This document shows, piece after piece, positions 29,725 through 39,116 of a stretch of DNA of 64,000 bases. The position numbers and the translations under genes were made by a program. This DNA is from a virus, in the IMG/VR virus record IMGVR_UViG_3300013137_000011, positions 1-64,000 of that record. One strand, written 5' to 3'. Each line of letters starts with the position of its first letter. Positions within the stretch are counted from its first letter, which is position 1. The notes under the pieces were generated by a model, which did not search any database, was not told the origin of the DNA, and saw only the letters and a list, made by a program, of their open reading frames with translations.

Positions 29725-29751
29725 AAGGATTTCGGCTGCAGATTCTGGAAA
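29725..29751 (+). repeat. 27-bp direct repeat, copy 1 (copy 2 at 32367-32393)
   Basis: AAGGATTTCGGCTGCAGATTCTGGAAA identical in both places. Confidence 0.9.
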
Positions 29752-29807
29752 GTGGATGGGATGAGAAATGATGAAATTAAAATACAATTTGGTAAAGGAG
29801 AAAAACT

Positions 29808-30347
29808 TTGATTATTGGAGATTTCCATACACATATCAATGGCGGAGGAGATAGGGTGCAAAATGCTAGATTTTTAGCTAAAAAAGCAGTTGAATCTGGA
29901 TTTACTCATATTGCATTAGGATGTCATGAATGGATATGTCCTATGCAATTAAAACAATTGATAGAATTTGAATTTAAAATAAAAGTAGTTAGATTTGCAG
30001 AGTGTTGGTGTGAATTCGATGATCATCTTCTTGCACTTAATATAGGTGATGCCAGATTTTATACGGAAAAATACAAACCTATAGAATGGTACATAGACTA
30101 TATTCATGGGATTGGTGGAAAAGCAGTTCTTGCACATCCTGATACACAAAAAACATTTGAAAGAGTAAAACACTTACTTGACGGAGTGGAAATAATTAAT
30201 GGAAGATCCGGTGGTTATGGATATGTAAAAGATTCTGGATTACAATTATTTCAAAATAGTGACTTCCATGTATGGGAAGATGACAAAGATAGTTATGGAA
30301 AACTACATACAATTCTCGATGATAATTGGTTTGGAATTCTAAAATAA
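29808..30347 (+). CDS. PHP-domain phosphoesterase
   Basis: DFHTH, ALGCHE, HLLAL, VLAHP, GVEIING, NSDFH. Confidence 0.85.
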   Translation: MIIGDFHTHINGGGDRVQNARFLAKKAVESGFTHIALGCHEWICPMQLKQLIEFEFKIKVVRFAECWCEFDDHLLALNIGDARFYTEKYKPIEWYIDYIHGIGGKAVLAHPDTQKTFERVKHLLDGVEIINGRSGGYGYVKDSGLQLFQNSDFHVWEDDKDSYGKLHTILDDNWFGILK

Positions 30348-30360
30348 AAGGAGAAAAACA

Positions 30361-31083
30361 ATGAAACTTGTAACACCAGCAAATGATTGGAAAAATGTTA
30401 TTTTGGTAGATGATGAACATAAGGAATTTGCTATTGATCTATTAGGTGATGTGGCAAAGAAACTTAATCTACCATTTACTTATGATGATAAAAACAATAA
30501 ATTATATATAGATAAACCTAGAAATGTAATTCAAAAAATAGTATCCAGTGTTGTAAACACTGTCAAAAAAGTATTTACTAAACAAGATAAATATAGAATA
30601 GAATTTAAAATGCCCCTTCCAGAAAATCCAGTAGATCATTTAGTAGAGGGCTATTTAATATTATATTGTAATGATGTAGAATCGCTTAGAATAAGAGCTT
30701 CAAGTGGAGTAACCAGACATCAATATAAAAACCACTATTGGACTATAGGAAAATCTCCAATGCCTCCATCTAGTGAAATTGTTGGTTCTTATCAATATGC
30801 AACATTTTGGTATAAACCAGGAAACGTATCAGCTTGTGGATCAAGATTCTATCCTATTAAGCCAGATCCAATTATAAACAAATATAATAAGAAACAAAAA
30901 AGATCCGAAATAGGAGATCATTACGATGAAAATAATGTAGTTTCTCCAGGATCTGCAGGTTGTAATGTTGGTTTACCTAGAAAATCAACAGAAGAAAAAG
31001 GATGGAATGATTGGAAGGCAGCTTTAGATGAAATAAACAAACTAGGGATTAATTGGATTCCTGCTGAAGTAATTTATAATTAA
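30361..31083 (+). CDS. L,D-transpeptidase-like (Tlde1/DUF2778-type) peptidoglycan enzyme, candidate lysin
   Basis: ASSG, RSEIGDH....PGSAGC His/Cys motif. Confidence 0.6.
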   Translation: MKLVTPANDWKNVILVDDEHKEFAIDLLGDVAKKLNLPFTYDDKNNKLYIDKPRNVIQKIVSSVVNTVKKVFTKQDKYRIEFKMPLPENPVDHLVEGYLILYCNDVESLRIRASSGVTRHQYKNHYWTIGKSPMPPSSEIVGSYQYATFWYKPGNVSACGSRFYPIKPDPIINKYNKKQKRSEIGDHYDENNVVSPGSAGCNVGLPRKSTEEKGWNDWKAALDEINKLGINWIPAEVIYN

Positions 31084-31615
31084 CATACGAAAGGATGTCT
31101 AATATGATAGTTGCTAGAGTGCCCATTGAAACATTACAAAATTCATATTATAAAGATCAACTCAATAAACTTGAATCTTTCGTGGCTAAGAATTTTCCAA
31201 AAGAGTATAATTCTGATGACTCTTCTGTAGTTACTGCGGTTATTAGGATACTTAAAAAATTTATAGACAAAGAATCAATGTGTGAAGATATATCTGAAAT
31301 ACTTTCCGAATTATCATTTATTCATGAAAATCATAAGCCGGAGGTACCCGATGCCGAAGATAGCGATAATCAATGAGCATGAACCATGTCCCTACAATGA
31401 ACTTGGGAGCTGCACATACGACCTGTTAGCCGAGGAGGAGATTTGCGCCGGATACGACAAGTGCCTGCACCTCGAATCACTCACCGAGCACGATGCGGCG
31501 GTGTGGCGGAAGGCGATTGAGAAGATGGAGATGGCTATTCTAGGGTACGACAGGATGCTGTATTCGCATCAGGAAATTCGAACGATAGCCGCAATGCTGA
31601 AGGAGGCATAGAAAA

Positions 31616-32002
31616 ATGGAAAAACTGACGGAAATGACCATCGAAGAATTTGAGGTGCTTTATACGGAACATCTCAAATGGCTGGAGGACAAGTCACAGG
31701 GGAAACGGCTTTTGTTGCGAAACGTCCTTATAAAATTCGATCTGATTGATCGGAATCTTTCGTACAGCCGCTTCGTGCGCAGCAGTTTCGAGGATAGCCG
31801 CTTCGAGCGCAGCAGTTTCGAGCGCAGCAGTTTCGAGCGCAGCAGTTTCGTGCGCAGCAGTTTCGTGCGCAGCCGCTTCGAGGATAGTAGCTTCAAGCGC
31901 AGTAGCTTCGAGGATAGCCGCTTCGAGGATAGTAGCTTCAAGCGCAGTAGCTTCGAGCGTAGTAGCTTCGTGCGTAGTACAGGCATAATCTGGATGGATT
32001 AG
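31616..32002 (+). CDS. pentapeptide-repeat protein
   Basis: HLKWLED...G.R N-terminus, then 14 S[S/R]F[V/E/K][R/D] repeats. Confidence 0.8.
   Translation: MEKLTEMTIEEFEVLYTEHLKWLEDKSQGKRLLLRNVLIKFDLIDRNLSYSRFVRSSFEDSRFERSSFERSSFERSSFVRSSFVRSRFEDSSFKRSSFEDSRFEDSSFKRSSFERSSFVRSTGIIWMD
31766..31975 (+). repeat. 14 x 15-bp coding tandem repeat
   Basis: Units such as AGCAGTTTCGAGCGC and AGTAGCTTCAAGCGC. Confidence 0.9.
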
Positions 32003-32048
32003 TCGCAAGGTTGAAGGAAAAGACGACCATCCGATATGTGATAAAAAA

Positions 32049-32438
32049 ATGGGAGGCACCAAAATGAATGAAGAATCGCAGGTATGTAACGAGAGAATAG
32101 AGCCAACCTGCTGCTGCTTACAGAAGCAGCTCTCCGACCTCAAAGCGCAGGTGCAGGCGCTGACGGAGGAGCGGGATAATCTGCAAAAAACATTGAGCGA
32201 ACCACCTATCGTTGTGATGCAGTCACAGGCCGTAATGTTGCAAGAAATTGAGCGATTACGGGCCAAACTAGCCGCCTACAAGAAGAGGAGGTGTGGGAAT
32301 TGCGGGAATTATGGGACTGACGAGGATCATCATGAAATATGTTACGAGAGAAACGTATATACCTATAAGGATTTCGGCTGCAGATTCTGGAAAACGATGG
32401 ATGGGCGATTCAAAAGTAGTCTAAAGGAGAAAAAATGA
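32049..32438 (+). CDS. coiled-coil protein with Cys-rich C-terminus
   Basis: Coiled coil, then CGNC...C...GCRFW; lies in the GC-richer island. Confidence 0.6.
   Translation: MGGTKMNEESQVCNERIEPTCCCLQKQLSDLKAQVQALTEERDNLQKTLSEPPIVVMQSQAVMLQEIERLRAKLAAYKKRRCGNCGNYGTDEDHHEICYERNVYTYKDFGCRFWKTMDGRFKSSLKEKK
32367..32393 (+). repeat. 27-bp direct repeat, copy 2
   Basis: Identical to 29725-29751. Confidence 0.9.
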
Positions 32439-32712
32439 ACGGAAAATACGGATATTCATTTACTAAATTAGAAGATAAGTTCATAATAAAGATATTTATG
32501 TATGTAGTTCCAAACTACTTTAATAAATATAAAGATAGATCAAAACCAATCTTAACTATAATATCTGAACCAGAATATGAGTTTGATATGATAGATATTG
32601 CTATAATTATAGTAAAATCATTAAATGACAAATCAATGAACTTGCCTGCAGAGAAAACTATAAATTATAGACAAGCGAAAACTATTATTAATATAGGAAA
32701 GTAGAGATTAAA

Positions 32713-33303
32713 ATGAGTAATATGATAAAATTTCCAGACAAAAAATACAACATTATCTATATCGACCCACCTTGGAAATATAATTTAAGAAACAATCCGA
32801 ACACAAGATTTGGTTCAGGTATGCATATATATCCTGGAATGGAATTGCATGAAATTAAACGACTTCCAATTCAAACAATAGCGGATGAAAATTGTCTACT
32901 TTTTATGTGGACAACACCACCACAACTGATAAATCAAATATGGATTCCTGATCTGTGGGGGTTTGAGTATGTAACTAAAGCCTTCTGTTGGATAAAAATG
33001 AACGCTAGAAACGAAAAGTATAGGTTTGGAAACGGTTACTATTGTAAATCTAATACAGAAGATTGTTATTTGTATAGAAAAGGAAAAATACAAGTAATTA
33101 ATAATTCAATATCACAAATCATAGACAAAGAATTTCCTTCAGACATTATAACTCATATTAGAGATCATAGCAGAAAGCCAGATGAAGTTAGAGATAAGAT
33201 TGTTCAATTAGTTGGAGATTTACCAAGAATAGAACTTTTTGCACGAGGTCAATATCTAGGATGGGATGTATGGGGAAATCAGACATTTGAAACTATATAT
33301 TAG
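32713..33303 (+). CDS. MT-A70-family adenine methyltransferase
   Basis: IYIDPPWKY, LFMWTT, WGFEY, HSRKP, RIELFAR, WGNQ. Confidence 0.93.
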   Translation: MSNMIKFPDKKYNIIYIDPPWKYNLRNNPNTRFGSGMHIYPGMELHEIKRLPIQTIADENCLLFMWTTPPQLINQIWIPDLWGFEYVTKAFCWIKMNARNEKYRFGNGYYCKSNTEDCYLYRKGKIQVINNSISQIIDKEFPSDIITHIRDHSRKPDEVRDKIVQLVGDLPRIELFARGQYLGWDVWGNQTFETIY

Positions 33304-33748
33304 GAGGTATATATGAGCAAAATACTTGAAACATATCAATGTACTAGGTGTAGTAAAGAATTTACGGTATTATTTCACTATGATAGAGATATGTCATTAT
33401 GTCCATCTTGTGAAATGGAAAGTATCACTAATATGATTGAAGGAATGGTGAATGATAATAATAAACTATGCCTATTAGTAAATAAAGTATTTGATATGCT
33501 ATCTGACATTGAGTGGGCGACCGACGAACTTAATAAGTATGATATAATGAATGAAATAGGTAAAATAAAAACAATTATTTATACAGAAAGCAAATAACAA
33601 TTATGTCTAAAGTAAATTGTAGTAATCATAATTATAGATTTAATTGTGAGAAATTTAATGAATGTTATCTAGATGAAATAGTAATTGGAATGACAAAATT
33701 TGATGATATGGAGATATATGTTTGCGAATCTTCTGAAGTGGAGGAATA

Positions 33749-34246
33749 ATGCAAGGATTAGTAAGTATATTGATCGGATGTCATTCAGTAATACATTCGA
33801 TACTCGTTCTAAAATCTTGGATTATACTTTATAAAAAATGGCCTAAACCATGGCAAATAATATGTATATTTCTTCATGACATTGGACACATTGGACTTAA
33901 TTATTTAGATAATATAGAATCTAAAAATAAACATTGGATTCTTGGAGCGAATATAGCAAGTTATTTATTTGGTTTAGATGGATATTTATTAATCGCAGGA
34001 CATAATACACACTCTGGATATAGTATAAGTGAATTATATAAAGCAGATAAGTATTCTTGGTACATAGCACCTTATTGGTGGCTATATTGGAATAATATAG
34101 TTGAACCAAAATTAAAATGTGGAATGAAAAATAAAGAGGCTGTTATAGACTTTATGAATCAAGTAAATAAAAGTATTGAGTCAGGCGAATTTATAGAAAC
34201 TCATAAAATGTATACAGAAAGAAAAGAAAAACTTGAGAACAATTAA
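33749..34246 (+). CDS. HD-domain-like protein
   Basis: H...H, FLHDIGH, H, ADK motifs. Confidence 0.55.
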   Translation: MQGLVSILIGCHSVIHSILVLKSWIILYKKWPKPWQIICIFLHDIGHIGLNYLDNIESKNKHWILGANIASYLFGLDGYLLIAGHNTHSGYSISELYKADKYSWYIAPYWWLYWNNIVEPKLKCGMKNKEAVIDFMNQVNKSIESGEFIETHKMYTERKEKLENN

Positions 34247-34692
34247 TTGTAAAGAATTATCTGTAATTTCTGGAAATAAACGAAAAAGAAAAAATACCAG
34301 AAATTCTCCATGCGATAAAATTCCAATAACATGTCCCAAATGTGGAAAAATTAGATATTATAATTCTGGGAAGGTTCCATATCTAACAACAAAATTATGC
34401 AGGAAATGTTATCTTAGGAGTTTTAGATGATTAATATCAATACTAATAAAATAAATAGACAAGTACTACAACATGTACAAAACTTATTAATATCTGCATC
34501 ATCTAATTTAAATATAACATCAAGAATGATAAATCCATTTAGCATAAGCACATCTAGTATATATTTACAATATCGTAGAATGTGCATATGGTGCAAATGT
34601 GTGCAGGATATAGAAAACAAAATATGTATTGATTGCGGAGTAATACTTGATTGTACAGAAAATGTATATGATATTAGGAGGATTATTTAGTT

Positions 34693-35121
34693 ATGGAAGA
34701 ATTATTTAAAAAAATTCCTACAGTAACAGAAGAAAAATGGAAAGAAGATTTCATTTTAACAGACATGCATCTACCAAAATTATCTCCAAATTGGGGAGAT
34801 GTTAGCCCAGATAAGCATAGTGAATTATATGGATTAAAAATGTTTAAACATCAAATAAATGGACTAGGAGTATGTTTCTCTGTTTCTGTTCATGAAGATG
34901 GAAAAAGATGGATTCATGTTTCGGCATCAAAGAAAAGACAAATACCAACATATGATGAATTATGTTTCGTTAAAAAAGAATTTATAGGAGAAAATAGAAA
35001 AGCAATACAGATATTTGCTAAGTTAGATGAGCATATAAATATACATCCAAATTGTTTTCATTTGTGGTCATGTTTAGATAATGATGGATTACCAAATTTT
35101 GGAAAGGATGGTATGATATGA
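34693..35121 (+). CDS. conserved phage protein with His/Cys motif
   Basis: WIHVS...PTYDEL..VK..F, HINIHPNCFHLW. Confidence 0.65.
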   Translation: MEELFKKIPTVTEEKWKEDFILTDMHLPKLSPNWGDVSPDKHSELYGLKMFKHQINGLGVCFSVSVHEDGKRWIHVSASKKRQIPTYDELCFVKKEFIGENRKAIQIFAKLDEHINIHPNCFHLWSCLDNDGLPNFGKDGMI

Positions 35122-35122
35122 A

Positions 35123-35419
35123 ATGTCATATATAAAAGGTCATATATTAACAGTTAGTAGAGAAATTGGACCATGTTATAACACATGTAAAATGGAAATA
35201 GTTCTATCTCAAAATTCTTTCAATCAGTTTAATATTATTAATGATATACTAAATAGTGGAGGATTAATATTTATATGTAAAGATCCAGAAAAAAGTAATA
35301 TTATTAAAACCAAACCAGAAACATTTAGATGTATTTCTTGTGGAGCATATTTAGAAAAATATGAGAATAAATGTCAATTTTGTGATACACAACATTCATG
35401 GAAAAGGAGAGAAAAATAA
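35123..35419 (+). CDS. zinc-ribbon protein
   Basis: CISCGA...CQFC. Confidence 0.55.
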   Translation: MSYIKGHILTVSREIGPCYNTCKMEIVLSQNSFNQFNIINDILNSGGLIFICKDPEKSNIIKTKPETFRCISCGAYLEKYENKCQFCDTQHSWKRREK

Positions 35420-35748
35420 TGTCTTTTTTCGAATGTAAAATAGAACGCATTATCGACACTACCCCAAATTTAACAGAGTTAAATCATTGTGCCATGGATT
35501 TTACAGCATTAGTTCCAACACACATGGTCAAGGTAGAATTGACTATTTATGGAGTAAATTCTTTAGAAAGTATATTTAAATCAATCGAGAAAAGAGAAAA
35601 CTTATTACTTCTAAAAAATAATGATCATATTGATTCAAGATCATGTTTCTATTGCTCTGATTGTGGGGCATTAATATCTAACAATGATACAACAATTGAT
35701 AAGATGGAATATATTTGTAATTTCTGTGGAGCAAAATACGCTAGATAA
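35398..35748 (+). CDS. zinc-ribbon protein
   Basis: CSDCGA...CNFCGA. Confidence 0.55.
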   Translation: MEKERKIMSFFECKIERIIDTTPNLTELNHCAMDFTALVPTHMVKVELTIYGVNSLESIFKSIEKRENLLLLKNNDHIDSRSCFYCSDCGALISNNDTTIDKMEYICNFCGAKYAR

Positions 35749-35760
35749 AAAGGAGTAGAA

Positions 35761-36798
35761 ATGAAAAACGTACTATTAGCGGGAGCCTATGGTTATAACA
35801 ATTTTGGCGATGATCTTGTAAGAGATATGATACTCAAATCACTAGACTCTTCAGGTATAAATATTAAATGGATGTCTCCTGGTATGAAAAATCCATTTGG
35901 AAATGAAAAAATAGATTTCTCTATTTTAGGCGGCGGAGGAACACTATATGATGATCCAATCGAGAACCTAAATAATTATATAGAACTACTAAATCTTGGA
36001 GAGAAAAAAATTATTTTCAACATAGGAATACAGGGTATTATAACAATGAAAGGATTTGAACTATTCAAAAAGATGCTCGATTCTACATGTTTTATAAGTG
36101 TTAGAGATACAACATCTAAAAATATAGTTGAATCTTCTGGAAAACAATGCGAATTGGGATCGGATCCAGGATTTATATTTGAACATTTTGAAAATAAAAA
36201 TACTGAGTCAATAGGTAAAACTGTTGGATTAATATTACATGGATATGAAAATAGTGAAAACGATTCAATGATAAATAGAATTAAAGATTCTGTAAAAGAA
36301 AAATATATTAATGAAATGATAAATTGTGTAAAAGAACTTCAGAATATTGGATATAACATTACACTATTTGTAATGTCAAACGATGATCTTAAATTAGAAC
36401 ATTATATTCAATATAAATGCAATTTATCATGTAAATCAATAATATATGATGGTATGAACAGAGAAGAAGTTTCAACAGAACTTAAAAAATGTGAATATAT
36501 AGTTACAGGAAGATATCATGGAGCAATAATGGCTATGATATATGATATTCCATTTGTTATGATAGGAAAATATTATTGTCTGAATTTCATTACTACAAAA
36601 CACCAAAGGCTACAATCTGAAATAGGAGTTAATTCATTATTAATTGATGTTTCAGATGTAAATATAAATCAAATTGCATTACGACTTAAAATAAATTCTA
36701 TAGATAAAGTAATGAATTCAATCAGAGAATATAAAGATTTTCAACAAAAACTTTATATGGATTCTTATCTTAAACTAAAGAAGATTATTTTGGAATAA
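35761..36798 (+). CDS. polysaccharide pyruvyl transferase family protein
   Basis: GAYGYNNFGDD, GGGGT, SVRD..S, DPGF, GRYHG. Confidence 0.9.
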   Translation: MKNVLLAGAYGYNNFGDDLVRDMILKSLDSSGINIKWMSPGMKNPFGNEKIDFSILGGGGTLYDDPIENLNNYIELLNLGEKKIIFNIGIQGIITMKGFELFKKMLDSTCFISVRDTTSKNIVESSGKQCELGSDPGFIFEHFENKNTESIGKTVGLILHGYENSENDSMINRIKDSVKEKYINEMINCVKELQNIGYNITLFVMSNDDLKLEHYIQYKCNLSCKSIIYDGMNREEVSTELKKCEYIVTGRYHGAIMAMIYDIPFVMIGKYYCLNFITTKHQRLQSEIGVNSLLIDVSDVNINQIALRLKINSIDKVMNSIREYKDFQQKLYMDSYLKLKKIILE

Positions 36799-36811
36799 CA
36801 ATAGAAATAGC

Positions 36812-36866
36812 AAAACACTCAAAAGAAGTTTCCTAATAAACAAGAAAAATTCAATTTGAGTGTTTT
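36812..36866. terminator. bidirectional terminator-like hairpin between the convergent arms
   Basis: AAAACACTCAAA/TTTGAGTGTTTT 12-bp inverted repeat. Confidence 0.6.
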
Positions 36867-36995
36867 ACGACCAATGTTTATCAACAATTTCATGTATCCC
36901 TAGACTTAGGGAATCTGTAGCAATTTTGTTGATAAGGTTTTGGAACCTTCTCGAAGGAGGGAGGCTGGAGGTCTTGTCCGGTCTTTCTCTTCGGT
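36812..36995 (-). ncRNA. putative promoter-driven sRNA with a CCUCC-rich segment
   Basis: Consensus promoter upstream, no convincing ORF, two long hairpins, ends in a terminator-like stem. Confidence 0.55.
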
Positions 36996-37001
36996 AAAGC
37001 C

Positions 37002-37030
37002 ATTATAACAGGAAGGTAAAAGAAAGTCAA
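37002..37030 (-). promoter_or_regulatory. sigma70 promoter with extended -10
   Basis: Minus strand TTGACT-17 nt-TATAAT preceded by TGn. Confidence 0.8.
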
Positions 37031-37067
37031 GAGGTTCAGGGACATTTGATTATCTCCTGAACCTCTT
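37029..37067. terminator. terminator hairpin at the end of the late operon, carrying the GAGATAA..TCAAA motif
   Basis: AAGAGGTTCAGG/CCTGAACCTCTT stem with T-rich tails on both strands. Confidence 0.7.
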
Positions 37068-37089
37068 TTGTTTTGCTCCCAGGTTTATA

Positions 37090-37260
37090 TTATTTACTAA
37101 GTACCCCTGATATTACATTTACTGCTATATCTATAGATTTGATCAGTTTTACTGAACATTCTTCATACGCACCATTTGGAGATTTTATCATCTGATCTGT
37201 AACTTCTATGGCCTTATCTACGGCGATATGTGCCATAGCAATCTTGTCTCTTTTCTTCAT
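37090..37260 (-). CDS. small hypothetical protein, absent from the ORF track
   Basis: MKKRDKIAMAHIAVDK..., AAGGAGG SD. Confidence 0.6.
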   Translation of the reverse strand: MKKRDKIAMAHIAVDKAIEVTDQMIKSPNGAYEECSVKLIKSIDIAVNVISGVLSK

Positions 37261-37275
37261 TGGCAAAAATCCTCC

Positions 37276-37572
37276 TTAATCGGGATCTAAGATGTCTTTA
37301 CATTTACTTATCACACCGACAAGTTTATCTGTTAGTTCATTATGTTTCTCCATTAATCTACATTGACATTCCATGGTTGCCTGAGTTTTTGTTGATGCTT
37401 CTGCTTGTTTTTCTGCCAACAAAATAACTCTATCTGTTAATTGATCCCTTCTAAGAATCATTCTGAACACTAGGATTACTAGGATTAGTACAACAAATGC
37501 AAGAACTCCTGGTACTCCATTATTCAAGAAATTTTCTATCGCTTCTTTTGTTACTGTTATGAATCCTAACAA
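37276..37572 (-). CDS. holin-like membrane protein
   Basis: One TM helix GVPGVLAFVVLILVILVF plus coiled coil, at the end of the virion module. Confidence 0.55.
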   Translation of the reverse strand: MLGFITVTKEAIENFLNNGVPGVLAFVVLILVILVFRMILRRDQLTDRVILLAEKQAEASTKTQATMECQCRLMEKHNELTDKLVGVISKCKDILDPD

Positions 37573-37603
37573 TCCGATATCCCCACCTTTCTGTATATTT
37601 TAT

Positions 37604-38950
37604 TTACGAGTGGGTTGCCCAACCAATACCAAGTGCCGTGGATCCGCTAACGATCAAGAACTGGCCCTCAGATCCAGGATCGAGGATACCAGGAACTCCA
37701 GAGGCAGAGAATCCAATAATACAGCCCTTTGCGGTTCCAATAGACTTTGCGATAAGAGTAGTAAGATCCTGATCTCCGGTGTTAACGCCAGAGGTAGAAA
37801 CCAATCCATTGAGAGCAGTATCAATCTGTGCATGAGTGTTGGTGCCAATATCAGTAAGTGAGGTATGAGATTTGGTAGTGATATCTGCAATATCACTAGT
37901 TCCCTTGTCTACATCTGCCCAAATAGGGCGAGTCTTACCGAAAGTTCCAGCAACAGCATCATAGGAACTGAAGAACTGATTGCTAGTACTAGAAGTGCTT
38001 ATCGGAGTAACCTGATCTCCAGTATTAGTACCAGAAGTCGATACCAATCTCGTAAGAGCAGTATCAATCTGTGCGTGAGTATTAGTACCAATATCAGTAA
38101 TTCCAGTATGCGAAGGTTGCGCTTTACCAAAAGTACCAGCAACAGCATCGTAGGAACTAAAAAATTGATTGGAAGTAGATGACGTACTTACAGGAGTTAC
38201 CTGATCACCAGTATTGGTACCTGAAGTAGAAATTAATCTAGTCAAAGCAGTATCAATCTGTGCATGGGTATTAGTACCGATATCAGTTAATGCTGTGTGT
38301 GATTTGGTAGTAATATCTGCGATACTACTAGTTGCCTTATCAACATTAGCCCAAGTTGGTCTAGCTTTGGTAAATGCACCAGTAACTGCATTATACTCAG
38401 TAAAGAACTGATTAGAAGTTGCAGAAGTACTTACAGGAACAACCTGATCTCCAGTATTAGTACCAGAAGTATTACTAACGACGGTTCTTTGTGCATCTGT
38501 AATATATCTTCTATTAGTAGAATCAGGAATATCTGCAGTAGTGACATCCTCATCTAACTCATGAGTAATAAGAATGGTTCCAGAATCATTCTTAACTCCA
38601 TCTAGATCCCAAGTATAATTAGGACGAAGAGTTACGTCATAAAGAACTCTCGTTCCACCAGCATCAACGATCTTAACATAGAATCTAACATTAGCAGTAT
38701 CACGATTTTCGATAAGAATGTTTTTAACTACAATCGTAATTTTTGCATTAGTAGGGGCAGGTACAATAGTAACAGGAGTAGCTCCTGCCAACTGATACGT
38801 TTTGCTCTTCTCCTCTCTAAGCGCAGTAGACTCAACCTTACCAGATTTTTCTTCATACACAACAGTACAATCTGGCTGAGTAGTAGCTGGAGCCCCAGAC
38901 ATCACTACCTGGATATATTCAGTAGTCTTTTCAAGTGCAATTTCTCTCAT
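37604..38950 (-). CDS. tail fibre-like repeat protein
   Basis: 3x DIGTNTHAQIDTAL, 4x SG[T/V]NTGDQ, Ser/Thr-rich; six [V/I]STS motifs. Confidence 0.75.
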   Translation of the reverse strand: MREIALEKTTEYIQVVMSGAPATTQPDCTVVYEEKSGKVESTALREEKSKTYQLAGATPVTIVPAPTNAKITIVVKNILIENRDTANVRFYVKIVDAGGTRVLYDVTLRPNYTWDLDGVKNDSGTILITHELDEDVTTADIPDSTNRRYITDAQRTVVSNTSGTNTGDQVVPVSTSATSNQFFTEYNAVTGAFTKARPTWANVDKATSSIADITTKSHTALTDIGTNTHAQIDTALTRLISTSGTNTGDQVTPVSTSSTSNQFFSSYDAVAGTFGKAQPSHTGITDIGTNTHAQIDTALTRLVSTSGTNTGDQVTPISTSSTSNQFFSSYDAVAGTFGKTRPIWADVDKGTSDIADITTKSHTSLTDIGTNTHAQIDTALNGLVSTSGVNTGDQDLTTLIAKSIGTAKGCIIGFSASGVPGILDPGSEGQFLIVSGSTALGIGWATHS

Positions 38951-38962
38951 TTCAATCCTCCT

Positions 38963-39058
38963 TTATCGTACTTCGAGTTGTTTCATAAATGGCTTCGCCG
39001 GACAATTAAGTTTAGTAGAAGCCTTTTTCTTTTTACTAGAAGATTTTTTTCCTGCCAT
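38963..39058 (-). CDS. 31-aa highly basic peptide, absent from the ORF track
   Basis: MAGKKSSSKKKKASTKLNCPAKPFMKQLEVR with perfect SD AAAGGAGGTGA. Confidence 0.6.
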   Translation of the reverse strand: MAGKKSSSKKKKASTKLNCPAKPFMKQLEVR

Positions 39059-39116
39059 TCATCTCACCTCCTTTGCTATTTATTAACCCTGCCACTATAT
39101 TATTTACAACCTAAAA

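Noticed and set aside
31766-31975. Tandem repeats as a CRISPR array
   Set aside because: Contiguous 15-bp coding units with no spacers. The extra ORFs in other frames and strands are by-products of the repeat.
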